DNA of 26,396 nt from a virus. Taxonomy: Duplodnaviria; Caudoviricetes. Below the pieces are notes generated by a model. The model saw only the letters and a program-made list of their open reading frames with translations. It ran no database searches and had not been told where the DNA came from. This document shows positions 1 to 8,148 of this stretch, in pieces. How positions within the stretch are numbered: the stretch's first letter is position 1; each line of letters opens with the position of its first letter. The stretch lies in the IMG/VR virus record IMGVR_UViG_3300020043_006997, positions 1-26,396 of that record; one strand, 5' to 3'. Both the position numbers and the translations under genes were made by a program.

Positions 1-121
1 AAACAAGTAAGTGGAAGTTCTTATGTACCAACTACTACAACTGGAACTGATATAGTAACATTTATTTCATTTGATTCTTCAGATCTATACCTAAATAACG
101 TTAGAAATCTAGTTTAATGTT
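1..121. repeat. 121-bp terminal direct repeat, copy 1 (circular assembly overlap)
   Basis: 1-121 is identical to 26276-26396. The repeat lies inside coding sequence, and the TAATG stop/start overlap (26390-26394 = 115-119) joins the last gene to the first. Confidence 0.97.
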
Positions 122-922
122 TACACCATTTGCTTTCTCTTCACAACCTCTTCCTACATTAATGTCAGCATCTGGTGGTACTGTTACCACCGATGGTGAT
201 TATAGAATACACACTTTTAACTCAAGTGGTTCTTTTGTAGTTGGAATATCAGGATTATGTGATATTCTAGTTGTAGGAGGAGGCGGTGGTGGCTCTGATC
301 CTAACTTAGGAGGCGGAGGCGGTGGTGGAGTACTTTATGGTGTTTCACAAAATCTTAGTGTAGGTACCTATACTGTCAACATTGGTGGAGGTGGAGGTCT
401 TAATAGTGTTGGATTTGATACTGTTTTTACAGGTAGCAACTACAGCGTAATAGCTAAAGGAGGCGGAACTGGAGGAGGAAATGGTGGTTCTGGTGGTGGT
501 GCAAATGCAGGAGCAACCCCTGGCACATCTACTCAAACTACCGGTTCTTTAACTAACTTTACTGCTTACGGAAATGCTGGTGGTAACCAAGCTGATAACA
601 CTGCTGGAGGCGGAGGCGGAGGTGCTGGTGCCGTAGGAGGAAATGCTAATAGTGTTAATGGAGGTAACGGAGGTGATGGTATACAACTTTCTATTTCAGG
701 TACCCCAACTTATTACGCTGGAGGCGGTGGTGGTGGAGATCAAACCACTGGTACAACATCTACTGGAGGTCAAGGTGGTGGAGGAAATGGTGGAAACAAT
801 CAACAGGTCCTACAGATGGTTCTCCTAATACTGGTGGTGGAGGCGGTGGTCAAAGTACTTCTGCTTCACCAAATGGAGTAGGTGGAAGTGGCATCGTAAT
901 AGTTAGATACAAGTTTCAATAA
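117..922 (+). CDS. Glycine-rich virion/tail-associated protein, interrupted by a -1 frameshift near 798-800
   Basis: SASGG...GDYRIHTFNSSG...LVVGGGGGG...YAGGGGGG architecture, paralogous to the C-terminus of 10006..15063. The frame starting at 800 gives STGPTDGSPNTGGGGGGQSTSASPNGVGGSGIVIVRYKFQ* (TAA 920-922), matching the paralog's NTGGGGGG...GGSGLIIVKYKYQA ending. Confidence 0.8.
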
Positions 923-924
923 AA

Positions 925-1455
925 TCAAGAAGAGGGCTTACGCCCTCTCTTCTTTTTCTCATCTAATATTTTACTAAGTTTTGCAAGTTCATCTATCTTT
1001 ATTTGAACTTGAAGGGTATGACCTATTTTACCACCCCAAGTAATCCTATGTCTTTCATTGTCAAATATGTGTTTTACCCAACTACTTAGTGTTTTTGAAT
1101 CAACCCAGTAAAGCATATTAGTTCCGTTAGTAAACGCCTGATATTCCGCTTGTGAGACACTAAAACCTGTAGGTACACAAACAGTATTGTCATCCCATTT
1201 AAAATCATCATCTCTTAACCAATAAGAGGAAATATAACTTGTTTTTTTATGAGCTAACTCAATAGAGAATCCGTTATACTTTTTAAATCTAGGTTGTGTT
1301 TTTATCTCTACTGTAGAAGGAATGTTATCGGGAGTAACAAACATTAAATCCCAAGCACTTGTATTACCGTTTCTAGTTACAAGACATCCCATTGATTTAA
1401 GAATACCTCTAACGTATTCTTCTCCTTTTTTACCTATCGTGCTAGTTTTCGCCAT
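925..1455 (-). CDS. PD-(D/E)XK-fold nuclease (restriction endonuclease/resolvase-like)
   Basis: GKKGEEYV helix, then WDL, then VEIKT (E...D...ExK catalytic pattern); basic C-terminal tail KKKRGRKP. Confidence 0.7.
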   Translation of the reverse strand: MAKTSTIGKKGEEYVRGILKSMGCLVTRNGNTSAWDLMFVTPDNIPSTVEIKTQPRFKKYNGFSIELAHKKTSYISSYWLRDDDFKWDDNTVCVPTGFSVSQAEYQAFTNGTNMLYWVDSKTLSSWVKHIFDNERHRITWGGKIGHTLQVQIKIDELAKLSKILDEKKKRGRKPSS

Positions 1456-1459
1456 TTTA

Positions 1460-1981
1460 TTATTTGTATGTGTTGTATTCAGGTTGTAATACTTCTATCC
1501 AATATTGTTTTCTTTGTCTGAGAGTTGATACATCTTCTACTTTTTCTAATATTTTAAATGTAAAGTTTTCAGGACCATATTCTTCTAGATACTTGAGTAA
1601 TGATTTTTGAATAGTACCTCTAAAACCATTATTCATAGCATTATAACGTTCTCTTAGTAGTGTAGTACTTCCCACATATTTTTCTTGAGTAATATTATTA
1701 GTAACTAAAAATATTCCAGCACCCCAACTTTTAAAGTATCGATACACTATCTTTTTATGTTTATCAGGACTTCTTGAATAAAAGTTTTTAACTATTTGAC
1801 TTTGGGCGCCTGGGTGTTTTTTATCCCATTCTTTTTTATACTCTGGGTGTTTTTTTCTAAAAGTATCATTATTTTCTTTATTGCATTTTTTACATTTAGG
1901 TTGTAAACCATCAGGCGAGACAGTACGTTTACTGAACTCAGTAGGTGGTAATACTAAAAAACATTGGGTACATTGTTTCAT
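1460..1981 (-). CDS. Zn-finger + GIY-YIG domain protein (homing-endonuclease-like, possibly inactive)
   Basis: N-terminal CTQC...DGLQPKCKKC; C-terminal GIF-x9-KYVGS...R...YGPENFTFKILE...YWI...YN. Confidence 0.8.
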   Translation of the reverse strand: MKQCTQCFLVLPPTEFSKRTVSPDGLQPKCKKCNKENNDTFRKKHPEYKKEWDKKHPGAQSQIVKNFYSRSPDKHKKIVYRYFKSWGAGIFLVTNNITQEKYVGSTTLLRERYNAMNNGFRGTIQKSLLKYLEEYGPENFTFKILEKVEDVSTLRQRKQYWIEVLQPEYNTYK

Positions 1982-2010
1982 ACGTTGTCATTTTATATAT
2001 TATTTGTGAT

Positions 2011-2018
2011 AATAAATA
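2011..2018 (-). promoter_or_regulatory. TATTTATT promoter-like motif upstream of the leftward nuclease genes
   Basis: Reverse complement of AATAAATA, about 30 nt upstream of the ATG at 1981; same motif as before the rightward genes. Confidence 0.5.
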
Positions 2019-2098
2019 TATGGTAGAAATATCAAAATATCAAGCTTAAATAAAAACTTTCACTTAAACTTGTTTTCTTAAAAAATCGATTTTACATT

Positions 2099-2246
2099 CC
2101 CCCCATAATAGTTATAACCGGCGCACCAGCGTAGCACTTCAGTCAGCAACGGCTGTTGGTTCAGGTAAGCAATATTATAGATTACGCCTCAGTTTTGTAT
2201 AAAGATTTGTTTCCTGAGGATATGGGGGTGGGGGTGAAAATAAATA
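2099..2246. other. Structured GC-rich non-coding element in the divergent intergenic region (candidate origin or ncRNA)
   Basis: CCCCCATA (2100-2107) is complementary to TATGGGGG (2221-2228); nested CCTCAG/CTGAGG (2187-2192/2214-2219); CAGC-AACG-GCTG hairpin; largest non-coding stretch in the genome. Confidence 0.35.
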
Positions 2247-2258
2247 CTTGGTTGTAAA

Positions 2259-2816
2259 ATGATACCAGAAGATAAAGAAATAATAAGAATAAGAGAAGAA
2301 TGGTTCAGTAAAAACTATTCTGGATTCGAGAATGAGGTAAGAAGAAACATTACTAAAACTTCAGGACCTATGAAAGATTATTTACATGATCTGATACAGA
2401 TTGCTGTCCTCCAGTTCCTAAATAAACCTCTCTCCCAACAATACCAGATGTTAAATGATAACAAGGTACAAGAATACCTACTGGTAACATGTAAAATGCA
2501 CATCATCTCGTCTACTTCTCCCTTCTACAACATAGTTCGTAAACACAAACTTCAGGCTAGGTCAGGTGCTTTACCAGAGATGAGTACTGAGAATGATTTA
2601 GAGTGGTTAGAAGACCAAGATTGGTATCAATGTTTCCAGAGAGAAATGGGTAAAATGAACTTTTATTACCGCCAGCTCTTAATAGACAAATATCAGGAAG
2701 GTCTAACATTTGATCAACTTCACAAAAAATACAATATAACTAAAACCAGTTTAACCAAGGACATTAGAGCTGCCCTCCAGCTCTTAAGATGTCGATGTAA
2801 TAATGATTGCAGATGA
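2259..2816 (+). CDS. ECF/sigma-70-like RNA polymerase sigma factor (region 2-like + region 4 HTH)
   Basis: DLIQIAVLQFL region-2-like helix; C-terminal YYRQLLIDKYQEGLTFDQLHKKYNITKTSLTKDIRAALQLLR sigma region-4-like HTH; 185 aa. Confidence 0.65.
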   Translation: MIPEDKEIIRIREEWFSKNYSGFENEVRRNITKTSGPMKDYLHDLIQIAVLQFLNKPLSQQYQMLNDNKVQEYLLVTCKMHIISSTSPFYNIVRKHKLQARSGALPEMSTENDLEWLEDQDWYQCFQREMGKMNFYYRQLLIDKYQEGLTFDQLHKKYNITKTSLTKDIRAALQLLRCRCNNDCR

Positions 2817-3085
2817 TTCATACATACTATCTTTTTCTACTCGTTTTAACCGCATCAGGTAGCGTAATCGCCACCTTGTATGGTCCTAAACTAATAGCGC
2901 GTATTAAACAATATTTTACACGTTTTAAACGTGAACTAAAACCAGCAATAGATGCTACAACTTACTTTGAACTATTATCTCGTATTGAGGCAATAGAAAA
3001 ACGTTTAGATAGACGTCAAGTCAACTTTAAACAACGTACTAGAGAAGAGGTTAGAGCATACCTAGAAGAAATAAAAACTAAATAA
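2813..3085 (+). CDS. Hypothetical protein with N-terminal hydrophobic helix and C-terminal coiled coil
   Basis: ATGA overlap with the sigma stop favours start 2813; YYLFLLVLTASGSVIATLYG hydrophobic stretch. Confidence 0.65.
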   Translation: MIHTYYLFLLVLTASGSVIATLYGPKLIARIKQYFTRFKRELKPAIDATTYFELLSRIEAIEKRLDRRQVNFKQRTREEVRAYLEEIKTK

Positions 3086-3095
3086 AAACAATAAC

Positions 3096-3362
3096 ATGGG
3101 ATTTTCATTTCAAAGCGCTGAAGAGCGCAATCCAGAACTACAAGGACATAGTGGCATAGAAAGGCCAAAAACCGCTGAAGAGTGGGAAGCAGAAAAAGCT
3201 AATGATCTAAAAGCCATTAAGGAAGAACTAGACATGATGACTAACTTCCTTCAAGATAATGGTTACATAATGCTGTATGATCAGTATAAAGAAATCATTA
3301 AAGAAAGAGAACGCATAGCAGAGCTAGAACGTACCAGTAACGGATTTGAAGAAGTAAAATGA
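3096..3362 (+). CDS. Hypothetical protein (acidic, helical)
   Basis: 88-aa ORF, A-rich leader, ATGA-coupled to the next gene. Confidence 0.65.
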   Translation: MGFSFQSAEERNPELQGHSGIERPKTAEEWEAEKANDLKAIKEELDMMTNFLQDNGYIMLYDQYKEIIKERERIAELERTSNGFEEVK

Positions 3363-3646
3363 TTCTTTCAGTAGTAAAAATAGTAGCTGTTGTATTATTA
3401 GCAGTAAAATATTTCAGTCCTCTAGAGCCAGCTAGAAGATGGATAGTTGATAAACTAGTTCATTTGATGCTAAAGCCAGGATTTCATTGGGTAGATAAAG
3501 TTATAACATTAATAACATGTCCAATGTGCGTTAGTTTTTGGAGTATATTGGTTATAATGCATTCACTCCCGTTAGCTGCCATAGGTGCGTTAATAGCAAG
3601 AATAATCGATTTAACAATAGATTTTTTACAATATGGAAATAAGTAA
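3359..3646 (+). CDS. Small membrane protein with CxxC motif (holin-like candidate)
   Basis: Hydrophobic segments flanking LITCPMCVSFW; 95 aa. Confidence 0.55.
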   Translation: MILSVVKIVAVVLLAVKYFSPLEPARRWIVDKLVHLMLKPGFHWVDKVITLITCPMCVSFWSILVIMHSLPLAAIGALIARIIDLTIDFLQYGNK

Positions 3647-3926
3647 AGAAGATGCTATTTGGGCAGTAACCGAATATAATAGCAAACGTGGTTATGGTAG
3701 AGTAAATGATTGGATTGACTATCATTTAAGATTAATGAGCATGATTAAAGGACAAACTGTAGGCAGACCATCCTGCTCGTGTGAATATGGAGCAATAGCT
3801 CGTATGGCAAACTCAATGTATGAGCAACATGAAGCACAACTTCAAGCGATTGCTTATCCCCCAGTTATAGAAGAATCAGTTATCAAAACAAGTAAAAAAC
3901 GTGGCTCAACAAAAACAGGGATTTAA
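3633..3926 (+). CDS. Hypothetical phage protein with SCSC motif
   Basis: 97 aa, RPSCSCE motif, basic tail; in the operon upstream of the terminase genes. Confidence 0.65.
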   Translation: MEISKEDAIWAVTEYNSKRGYGRVNDWIDYHLRLMSMIKGQTVGRPSCSCEYGAIARMANSMYEQHEAQLQAIAYPPVIEESVIKTSKKRGSTKTGI

Positions 3927-4131
3927 TCCATCCTCACAAAAAACCGAACCTAGAGGCAAATACAATAGAAAGGAATGGGTTAAGTTAGGATCACGTGATT
4001 TAGTTGATATTGATGAAATGGATATGCTTATATACAACAATATGGATATAACATCTGTATACGATAAGATGGATTCACTATATGCTAATAGAAAACCTGG
4101 CAGCGGAATATATAAAAAGACTAAATCGTAA
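3901..4131 (+). CDS. Hypothetical protein
   Basis: 76-aa ORF (GTG start after an A-rich run) filling the gap before terS. Confidence 0.5.
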   Translation: MAQQKQGFNPSSQKTEPRGKYNRKEWVKLGSRDLVDIDEMDMLIYNNMDITSVYDKMDSLYANRKPGSGIYKKTKS

Positions 4132-4170
4132 TAGGTAAGTATGTATTGATATATACAATAAATCTACAAT

Positions 4171-4581
4171 ATGGCAGGTAATAAACTAACACATACCGAA
4201 GTAGACGAAAGAGTCGATAAATGTTTTGAGTTAAGATTCAAGACCGACCCTCCTATTCAACAAAGGGAATGGATAAAGTATTGTCATAAACACTATAGTG
4301 ACAAATCTGAACAACAATACCATCAGTATTGGGCCCAAGCAAAGGAAAGATATGATGAGGGATGGAGAGCCAAACTCAGTCAAATGCTAGATCCTGCAAT
4401 GGACCAACTATTTGCTTTATTATCGAGTGATGATGAAAAAATCCGCCAACGCGCAATAGATCAAATAGTAAAATACACTGGAAACGATATTCAAAAGATT
4501 GAAGCCAAGATTGAAGGCAATATTCAGTTAAACTGGGGCAATGATTTGGATAACGATAAGGAGTGGCAAGATAAAATGTAA
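4171..4581 (+). CDS. Probable terminase small subunit
   Basis: Helical 136-aa ORF directly upstream of terL with TAATG overlap; C-terminal KIEAKIEGNIQLNWG beta-strand-like tail as in many TerS proteins; TATGTAT motif at 4140-4146. Confidence 0.6.
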   Translation: MAGNKLTHTEVDERVDKCFELRFKTDPPIQQREWIKYCHKHYSDKSEQQYHQYWAQAKERYDEGWRAKLSQMLDPAMDQLFALLSSDDEKIRQRAIDQIVKYTGNDIQKIEAKIEGNIQLNWGNDLDNDKEWQDKM

Positions 4582-5849
4582 TGAATATAACGCTATTTTC
4601 TCCACATGAGGGCCAGCGTAAAGTAATAGAAGGTTTCGCTGATTCACCTCATAAGTTTGGTGTAGTTGCTACAGGTCGTCAGTTTGGTAAATCACTGCTG
4701 GCTCAAAATCTTATGTTATATTGGTTATTGTCAAATAAAGGACAGAAGGGAGCCTGGGTAGCTCCAATCTATAATCAATGTAAAAAAGTATTTAACGAGT
4801 TAACAGCAGCATCTTATGAGATTATTACTAAGCAAAATAAAGCTGACCTTACTATTGAGTTTATTAATGGCAGCACTTTACAGTTCCTTTCAGCAGACAA
4901 CTACAATAGTATACGTGGCTTTTCCTTTCATTACGTGGTTTTGGATGAGTCCGCCTTTATTAAGGAAGAAGCAGTAAATGAAGCTATATTTCCTACCCTA
5001 TCAGCGTTAGGAAAAAAATGTTTAATAATAAGTACACCAAAATCAAAAAACTGGTTTTATACGTACTACCTTAAGGGACTCAACGAGGGTAGTGATTATA
5101 TCTCGTTTCAAGGTATATCAACGGATAATCCGCATATTTCACAAGAGTTTATAGCCGAACAAGCTAAATCCTTACCTATTGAAATATTTAAACAGGAATA
5201 CTTAGCTGAGTTTAGTGAGGCAACAAATGATGTATTTAGAAACCTTGATAACGTATGTATATTAAATGAATGGGGACAACCACAAAGAAATACTGGATAT
5301 TATTACGGAGTTGACTCTGGATTCGCTAATGATTTTACCGTATGCGTCATTATTGAGGAATCCGGCCGCGTCGCGAAGATTCTTAGATTTAATGGGACAA
5401 CATTTGAAGAGGCTGGAAAGACTATCGTCACTGAGCTACGAAAATATGGTGTTAGAGGAGGATACTGCGAAAGGAATGGCGTGGGTGCAGTCATTTTTGA
5501 GCTCATCCAATCCTCCGGAATCAAAACCACAGGATTCAACACCACCCAAGAATCCAAAACCAGAGGCGTCAGGAAGCTTGTAGGCGATATTGAAGAGGGA
5601 ATAATAATGTTACCCTCAAAAACATTAATGCCTGAGTGTTATAATGAACTTTCATCATACACTTACAAAATATCAGCTAATGGTGGTATTTCATTTACTC
5701 ACCCCCCAGGTTATCACGATGATATAACTGATGCTTTATGGTTAGCTAACTTAGCACGTAATGAAATAGCATTTAGTAAAAGCAAAATATACATTGGTGG
5801 TTCTAAAATGAACGAAGCTACTAAAATAGCAATGAACTGGGGAGTATAA
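4581..5849 (+). CDS. terL: Terminase large subunit
   Basis: Walker A GRQFGKS, Walker B VVLDE, coupling motif ISTP, FKQEYLAEF linker, nuclease motifs GVDSG..DFTV and HDDITDALWLA. Confidence 0.95.
   Translation: MNITLFSPHEGQRKVIEGFADSPHKFGVVATGRQFGKSLLAQNLMLYWLLSNKGQKGAWVAPIYNQCKKVFNELTAASYEIITKQNKADLTIEFINGSTLQFLSADNYNSIRGFSFHYVVLDESAFIKEEAVNEAIFPTLSALGKKCLIISTPKSKNWFYTYYLKGLNEGSDYISFQGISTDNPHISQEFIAEQAKSLPIEIFKQEYLAEFSEATNDVFRNLDNVCILNEWGQPQRNTGYYYGVDSGFANDFTVCVIIEESGRVAKILRFNGTTFEEAGKTIVTELRKYGVRGGYCERNGVGAVIFELIQSSGIKTTGFNTTQESKTRGVRKLVGDIEEGIIMLPSKTLMPECYNELSSYTYKISANGGISFTHPPGYHDDITDALWLANLARNEIAFSKSKIYIGGSKMNEATKIAMNWGV
5266..5583 (+). CDS. Candidate overprinted gene (+1 frame inside terL), 105 aa
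   Basis: TATGTAT motif at 5254-5260, 5 nt before the ATG; local GC rise (about 47% in 5341-5580 vs about 30% in flanks, hand count) coincides with the ORF. Confidence 0.5.
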   Translation: MNGDNHKEILDIITELTLDSLMILPYASLLRNPAASRRFLDLMGQHLKRLERLSSLSYENMVLEEDTAKGMAWVQSFLSSSNPPESKPQDSTPPKNPKPEASGSL

Positions 5850-5898
5850 CGTGACTACCTGAAAGAGAGTTGATAACTTCAGAACATATATTAATAAT

Positions 5899-6261
5899 AT
5901 GAAAAAATATAACAAATATCTCGTACCAGAGAAAAACCCACAACTGAATCTTTACGATATTGAGATTGTAAGTGAGTATAATGGGAGTAAAGTAGATGAG
6001 AAAGCATTAGTAGCTAAAATCATAGGTAAAAAAGAATCATTCCATATCTTTATTTTACCTGATTATCAAGCTCAATGGGTACGTTTTGGATGTGATTCAA
6101 ACACTGAGTTTGCCCAACAAGTAACTGAGTTAATGATGCAATCGGGTGAAGCTGAACATTTAATCAAGCAAGTATACGAGAACGTATTTAAAGAAAAAAT
6201 AATGCAACTACCAACTACCATACAGGATAATAAAGGATTTACCTACACTCAGGTAAAGTAA
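5899..6261 (+). CDS. Hypothetical protein
   Basis: 120-aa ORF preceded by the TATTAAT-aat-ATG motif variant (5889). Confidence 0.7.
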   Translation: MKKYNKYLVPEKNPQLNLYDIEIVSEYNGSKVDEKALVAKIIGKKESFHIFILPDYQAQWVRFGCDSNTEFAQQVTELMMQSGEAEHLIKQVYENVFKEKIMQLPTTIQDNKGFTYTQVK

Positions 6262-6299
6262 ACTTGATTGCCTCAATATCGTGTCGTATATTTATATAT

Positions 6300-6476
6300 A
6301 TGAAAACAGTGGTAACAACATTTAGTGCATTGCGCGATGTGGAAGCAAAGCTAGAAATCACATCATCAATCGGTGATAATACAATGACTCGTAACCTAAT
6401 AAGAGAACGAGATCGTTTAAGAAAAGAACTCTCAAACTTGATTACCCAAGAAAAACTTGGTACATTTCGAGGGTAA
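6300..6476 (+). CDS. Small hypothetical coiled-coil protein (58 aa)
   Basis: TATTTAT-atat-ATG (6289-6302) favours start 6300 over 6264; MKTVVTTFSALRDVEAKLE... Confidence 0.6.
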   Translation: MKTVVTTFSALRDVEAKLEITSSIGDNTMTRNLIRERDRLRKELSNLITQEKLGTFRG

Positions 6477-6579
6477 AACAAATATTAACCATCCTCAGTT
6501 GATAGGGGTTTTATACCACAAATAATGTTCTCTAAATAAAAAACAACGTTTCTTCGTGCGTCATTTTAGTTGTTTTTTC

Positions 6580-6614
6580 CCCCTGCGTTCGTGACATTTC
6601 GCAGGGGTTTTTTT
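6580..6614 (+). terminator. Rho-independent terminator
   Basis: CCCCTGCG (6580-6587)/CGCAGGGG (6600-6607) stem followed by T7. Confidence 0.8.
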
Positions 6615-6643
6615 ATCTAAAAGACTAAAAATGTATATGCGGG

Positions 6644-6661
6644 TATTTATTGACATATGAA
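6644..6661 (+). promoter_or_regulatory. Promoter/start element TATTTATTGACATATGAA, copy 1 (tail operon)
   Basis: 18-bp exact match to 17100-17117; directly after the terminator and includes the ATG at 6657. Confidence 0.65.
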
Positions 6662-7391
6662 TATAGATTTTCCAAAATATTTAAGCATTAAGAACTGGAA
6701 GTATTTTAAGTCCCTTGATGAGGGAAATAATAATACTAAGATGGTAGATTTTATATCTTACCTAAGTGGTGTTGATAGTGAAGAAATCAAACAACATCAA
6801 CCCCAAGAGATACAAAATACCTATGTTTCAATACTTGAGCAGTTTAAAGATATAGATGCTAAGTTTTTTCCAGTAATAGAGATAAATGGTGTTCTATACG
6901 GGTTTAACCCCGTTTCTAAAATGACTATTGGTGAGTATATGGATATTGAGAGACTCGCTAAAGACACCGAAGCAAACATGGAAGAAATAATGGCTATTCT
7001 GTATCGCCCAATCACAAGACATTCATTCAATGGTATCAAATGGAATGTTGTTAAATCATTTAAGATTGGATTTGGTGAAGTTGAAAATCTATTTAAATAC
7101 TATCAAATAGAAAAATACGATTCAAATATAAGAGCTGAACGTGCTGATATAATGAAGGACATTCCAGTATCGTTTGCCTTAGGTGCATTCTCTTTTTTTT
7201 TAGTTCTCGCAAGCAGCTCATTAGTAGGTACTCAAGTCTCTTCATTCAAGAACAAAAAGGAGAAGAAGAAGATAATGAACCAAATGAAGGAACTTCTTAC
7301 AGTTCCCATTGGGGATGGTTTGCTACAGTTTATCACTTATCTAAAACTTCCATCCTTACAATCACAGGAGATAAAAGTATTACAGATTTAA
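6657..7391 (+). CDS. Probable tail assembly chaperone (0-frame product, lambda gpG-like)
   Basis: First gene of the tail operon; MTIGEYMDIE...IMAILYRP; contains a T9 slippery run at 7193-7201. Confidence 0.6.
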   Translation: MNIDFPKYLSIKNWKYFKSLDEGNNNTKMVDFISYLSGVDSEEIKQHQPQEIQNTYVSILEQFKDIDAKFFPVIEINGVLYGFNPVSKMTIGEYMDIERLAKDTEANMEEIMAILYRPITRHSFNGIKWNVVKSFKIGFGEVENLFKYYQIEKYDSNIRAERADIMKDIPVSFALGAFSFFLVLASSSLVGTQVSSFKNKKEKKKIMNQMKELLTVPIGDGLLQFITYLKLPSLQSQEIKVLQI

Positions 7392-7495
7392 ACTTTACGT
7401 TTGTATTAAACTATTTGGCTATAGAGAGTGACTATAATAAAGAAGTAAATAAAGCACAAAAAGCAGCACAAACAAAATATACCAAAATAAGATGA
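6657..7495 (+). CDS. Tail assembly chaperone -1 frameshift product (lambda gpGT-like)
   Basis: The -1 frame from 7199 reads FSSRKQLISRYSSLF...HWGWFATVYHLSK...LNFTFVLNYLAIE...KIR* with TGA at 7493-7495 overlapping the next ATG (ATGA). Confidence 0.7.
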
Positions 7496-7680
7496 CACTA
7501 GAACAAAAACTACAAATAAGAGCAATGTATACCGAAGGGTATAATCTCAATCAAATAGCGGCCATTTATATGATTAGCAAAGATGAGATTAATGCTATAT
7601 TAGATGAAAATATTGTAGTAAAAACTACTAAAACTAAAAAAGAAGAAACCCCATTATTCGAGGATGAACCTGGATTATGA
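7492..7680 (+). CDS. Small helix-turn-helix protein
   Basis: QIRAMYTEGYNLNQIAAIYMISKDEINAIL HTH pattern; ATGA-coupled at both ends. Confidence 0.6.
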   Translation: MTLEQKLQIRAMYTEGYNLNQIAAIYMISKDEINAILDENIVVKTTKTKKEETPLFEDEPGL

Positions 7681-8147
7681 AAACGTATAAAGAAATAGTT
7701 GATCAGTTCCAAGCAGCATGTAATGCACACTTAGCAATCAAAGCATTTGCTGAGGGTGCACTTGATTATTTGGATGCTAGTTCACAAAACATTAAATACC
7801 CGTATATATTTTTACGTCCACTAACATCACCTGGTATTAACTTAGATGCTAATGGTGTAAGCGGAACACGTACGTTAACATTTGAGTTATACTCATTGGA
7901 TATTCCGAAACTAAGTGATGCATCACCATTAAAAATCAAATCTGATACTGAACAATACATTTACGATTTGATTGCTTGGTTTAACTTAGGTTCAGTACAA
8001 CAAACTGAATGGATTACTCTACAAAATATTACCCCAGTAGATGAGGCATTCAATGATAGAGCATATGGTTGGGTTGGTGTAATCAACTTTAATGACACAT
8101 ATGTTTTAGATTATTGTGCATATCCTTCACTAGCACAAAACGGATAA
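7677..8147 (+). CDS. Probable tail terminator/completion protein
   Basis: 156 aa, KYPYIFL and beta-rich pattern; position in the tail operon. Confidence 0.45.
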   Translation: MKTYKEIVDQFQAACNAHLAIKAFAEGALDYLDASSQNIKYPYIFLRPLTSPGINLDANGVSGTRTLTFELYSLDIPKLSDASPLKIKSDTEQYIYDLIAWFNLGSVQQTEWITLQNITPVDEAFNDRAYGWVGVINFNDTYVLDYCAYPSLAQNG

Positions 8148-8148
8148 G

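Noticed and set aside
1-121. Biological terminal repeat or attachment site
   Set aside because: An exact 121-bp overlap in mid-coding sequence is typical of an assembler k-mer overlap on a circular contig.
801-881. Hydrophobic C-terminus VLQMVLLILVVEAVVKVLLL as a membrane anchor
   Set aside because: It is the out-of-frame reading of Gly-rich codons after the frameshift; the homologous ending lies in the -1 frame.
6487-6565. Weak hairpin at 6487-6512 and minus-strand mini-ORF MTHEETLFFI
   Set aside because: The stem is short and imperfect and the ORF is 10 codons, with no independent support.
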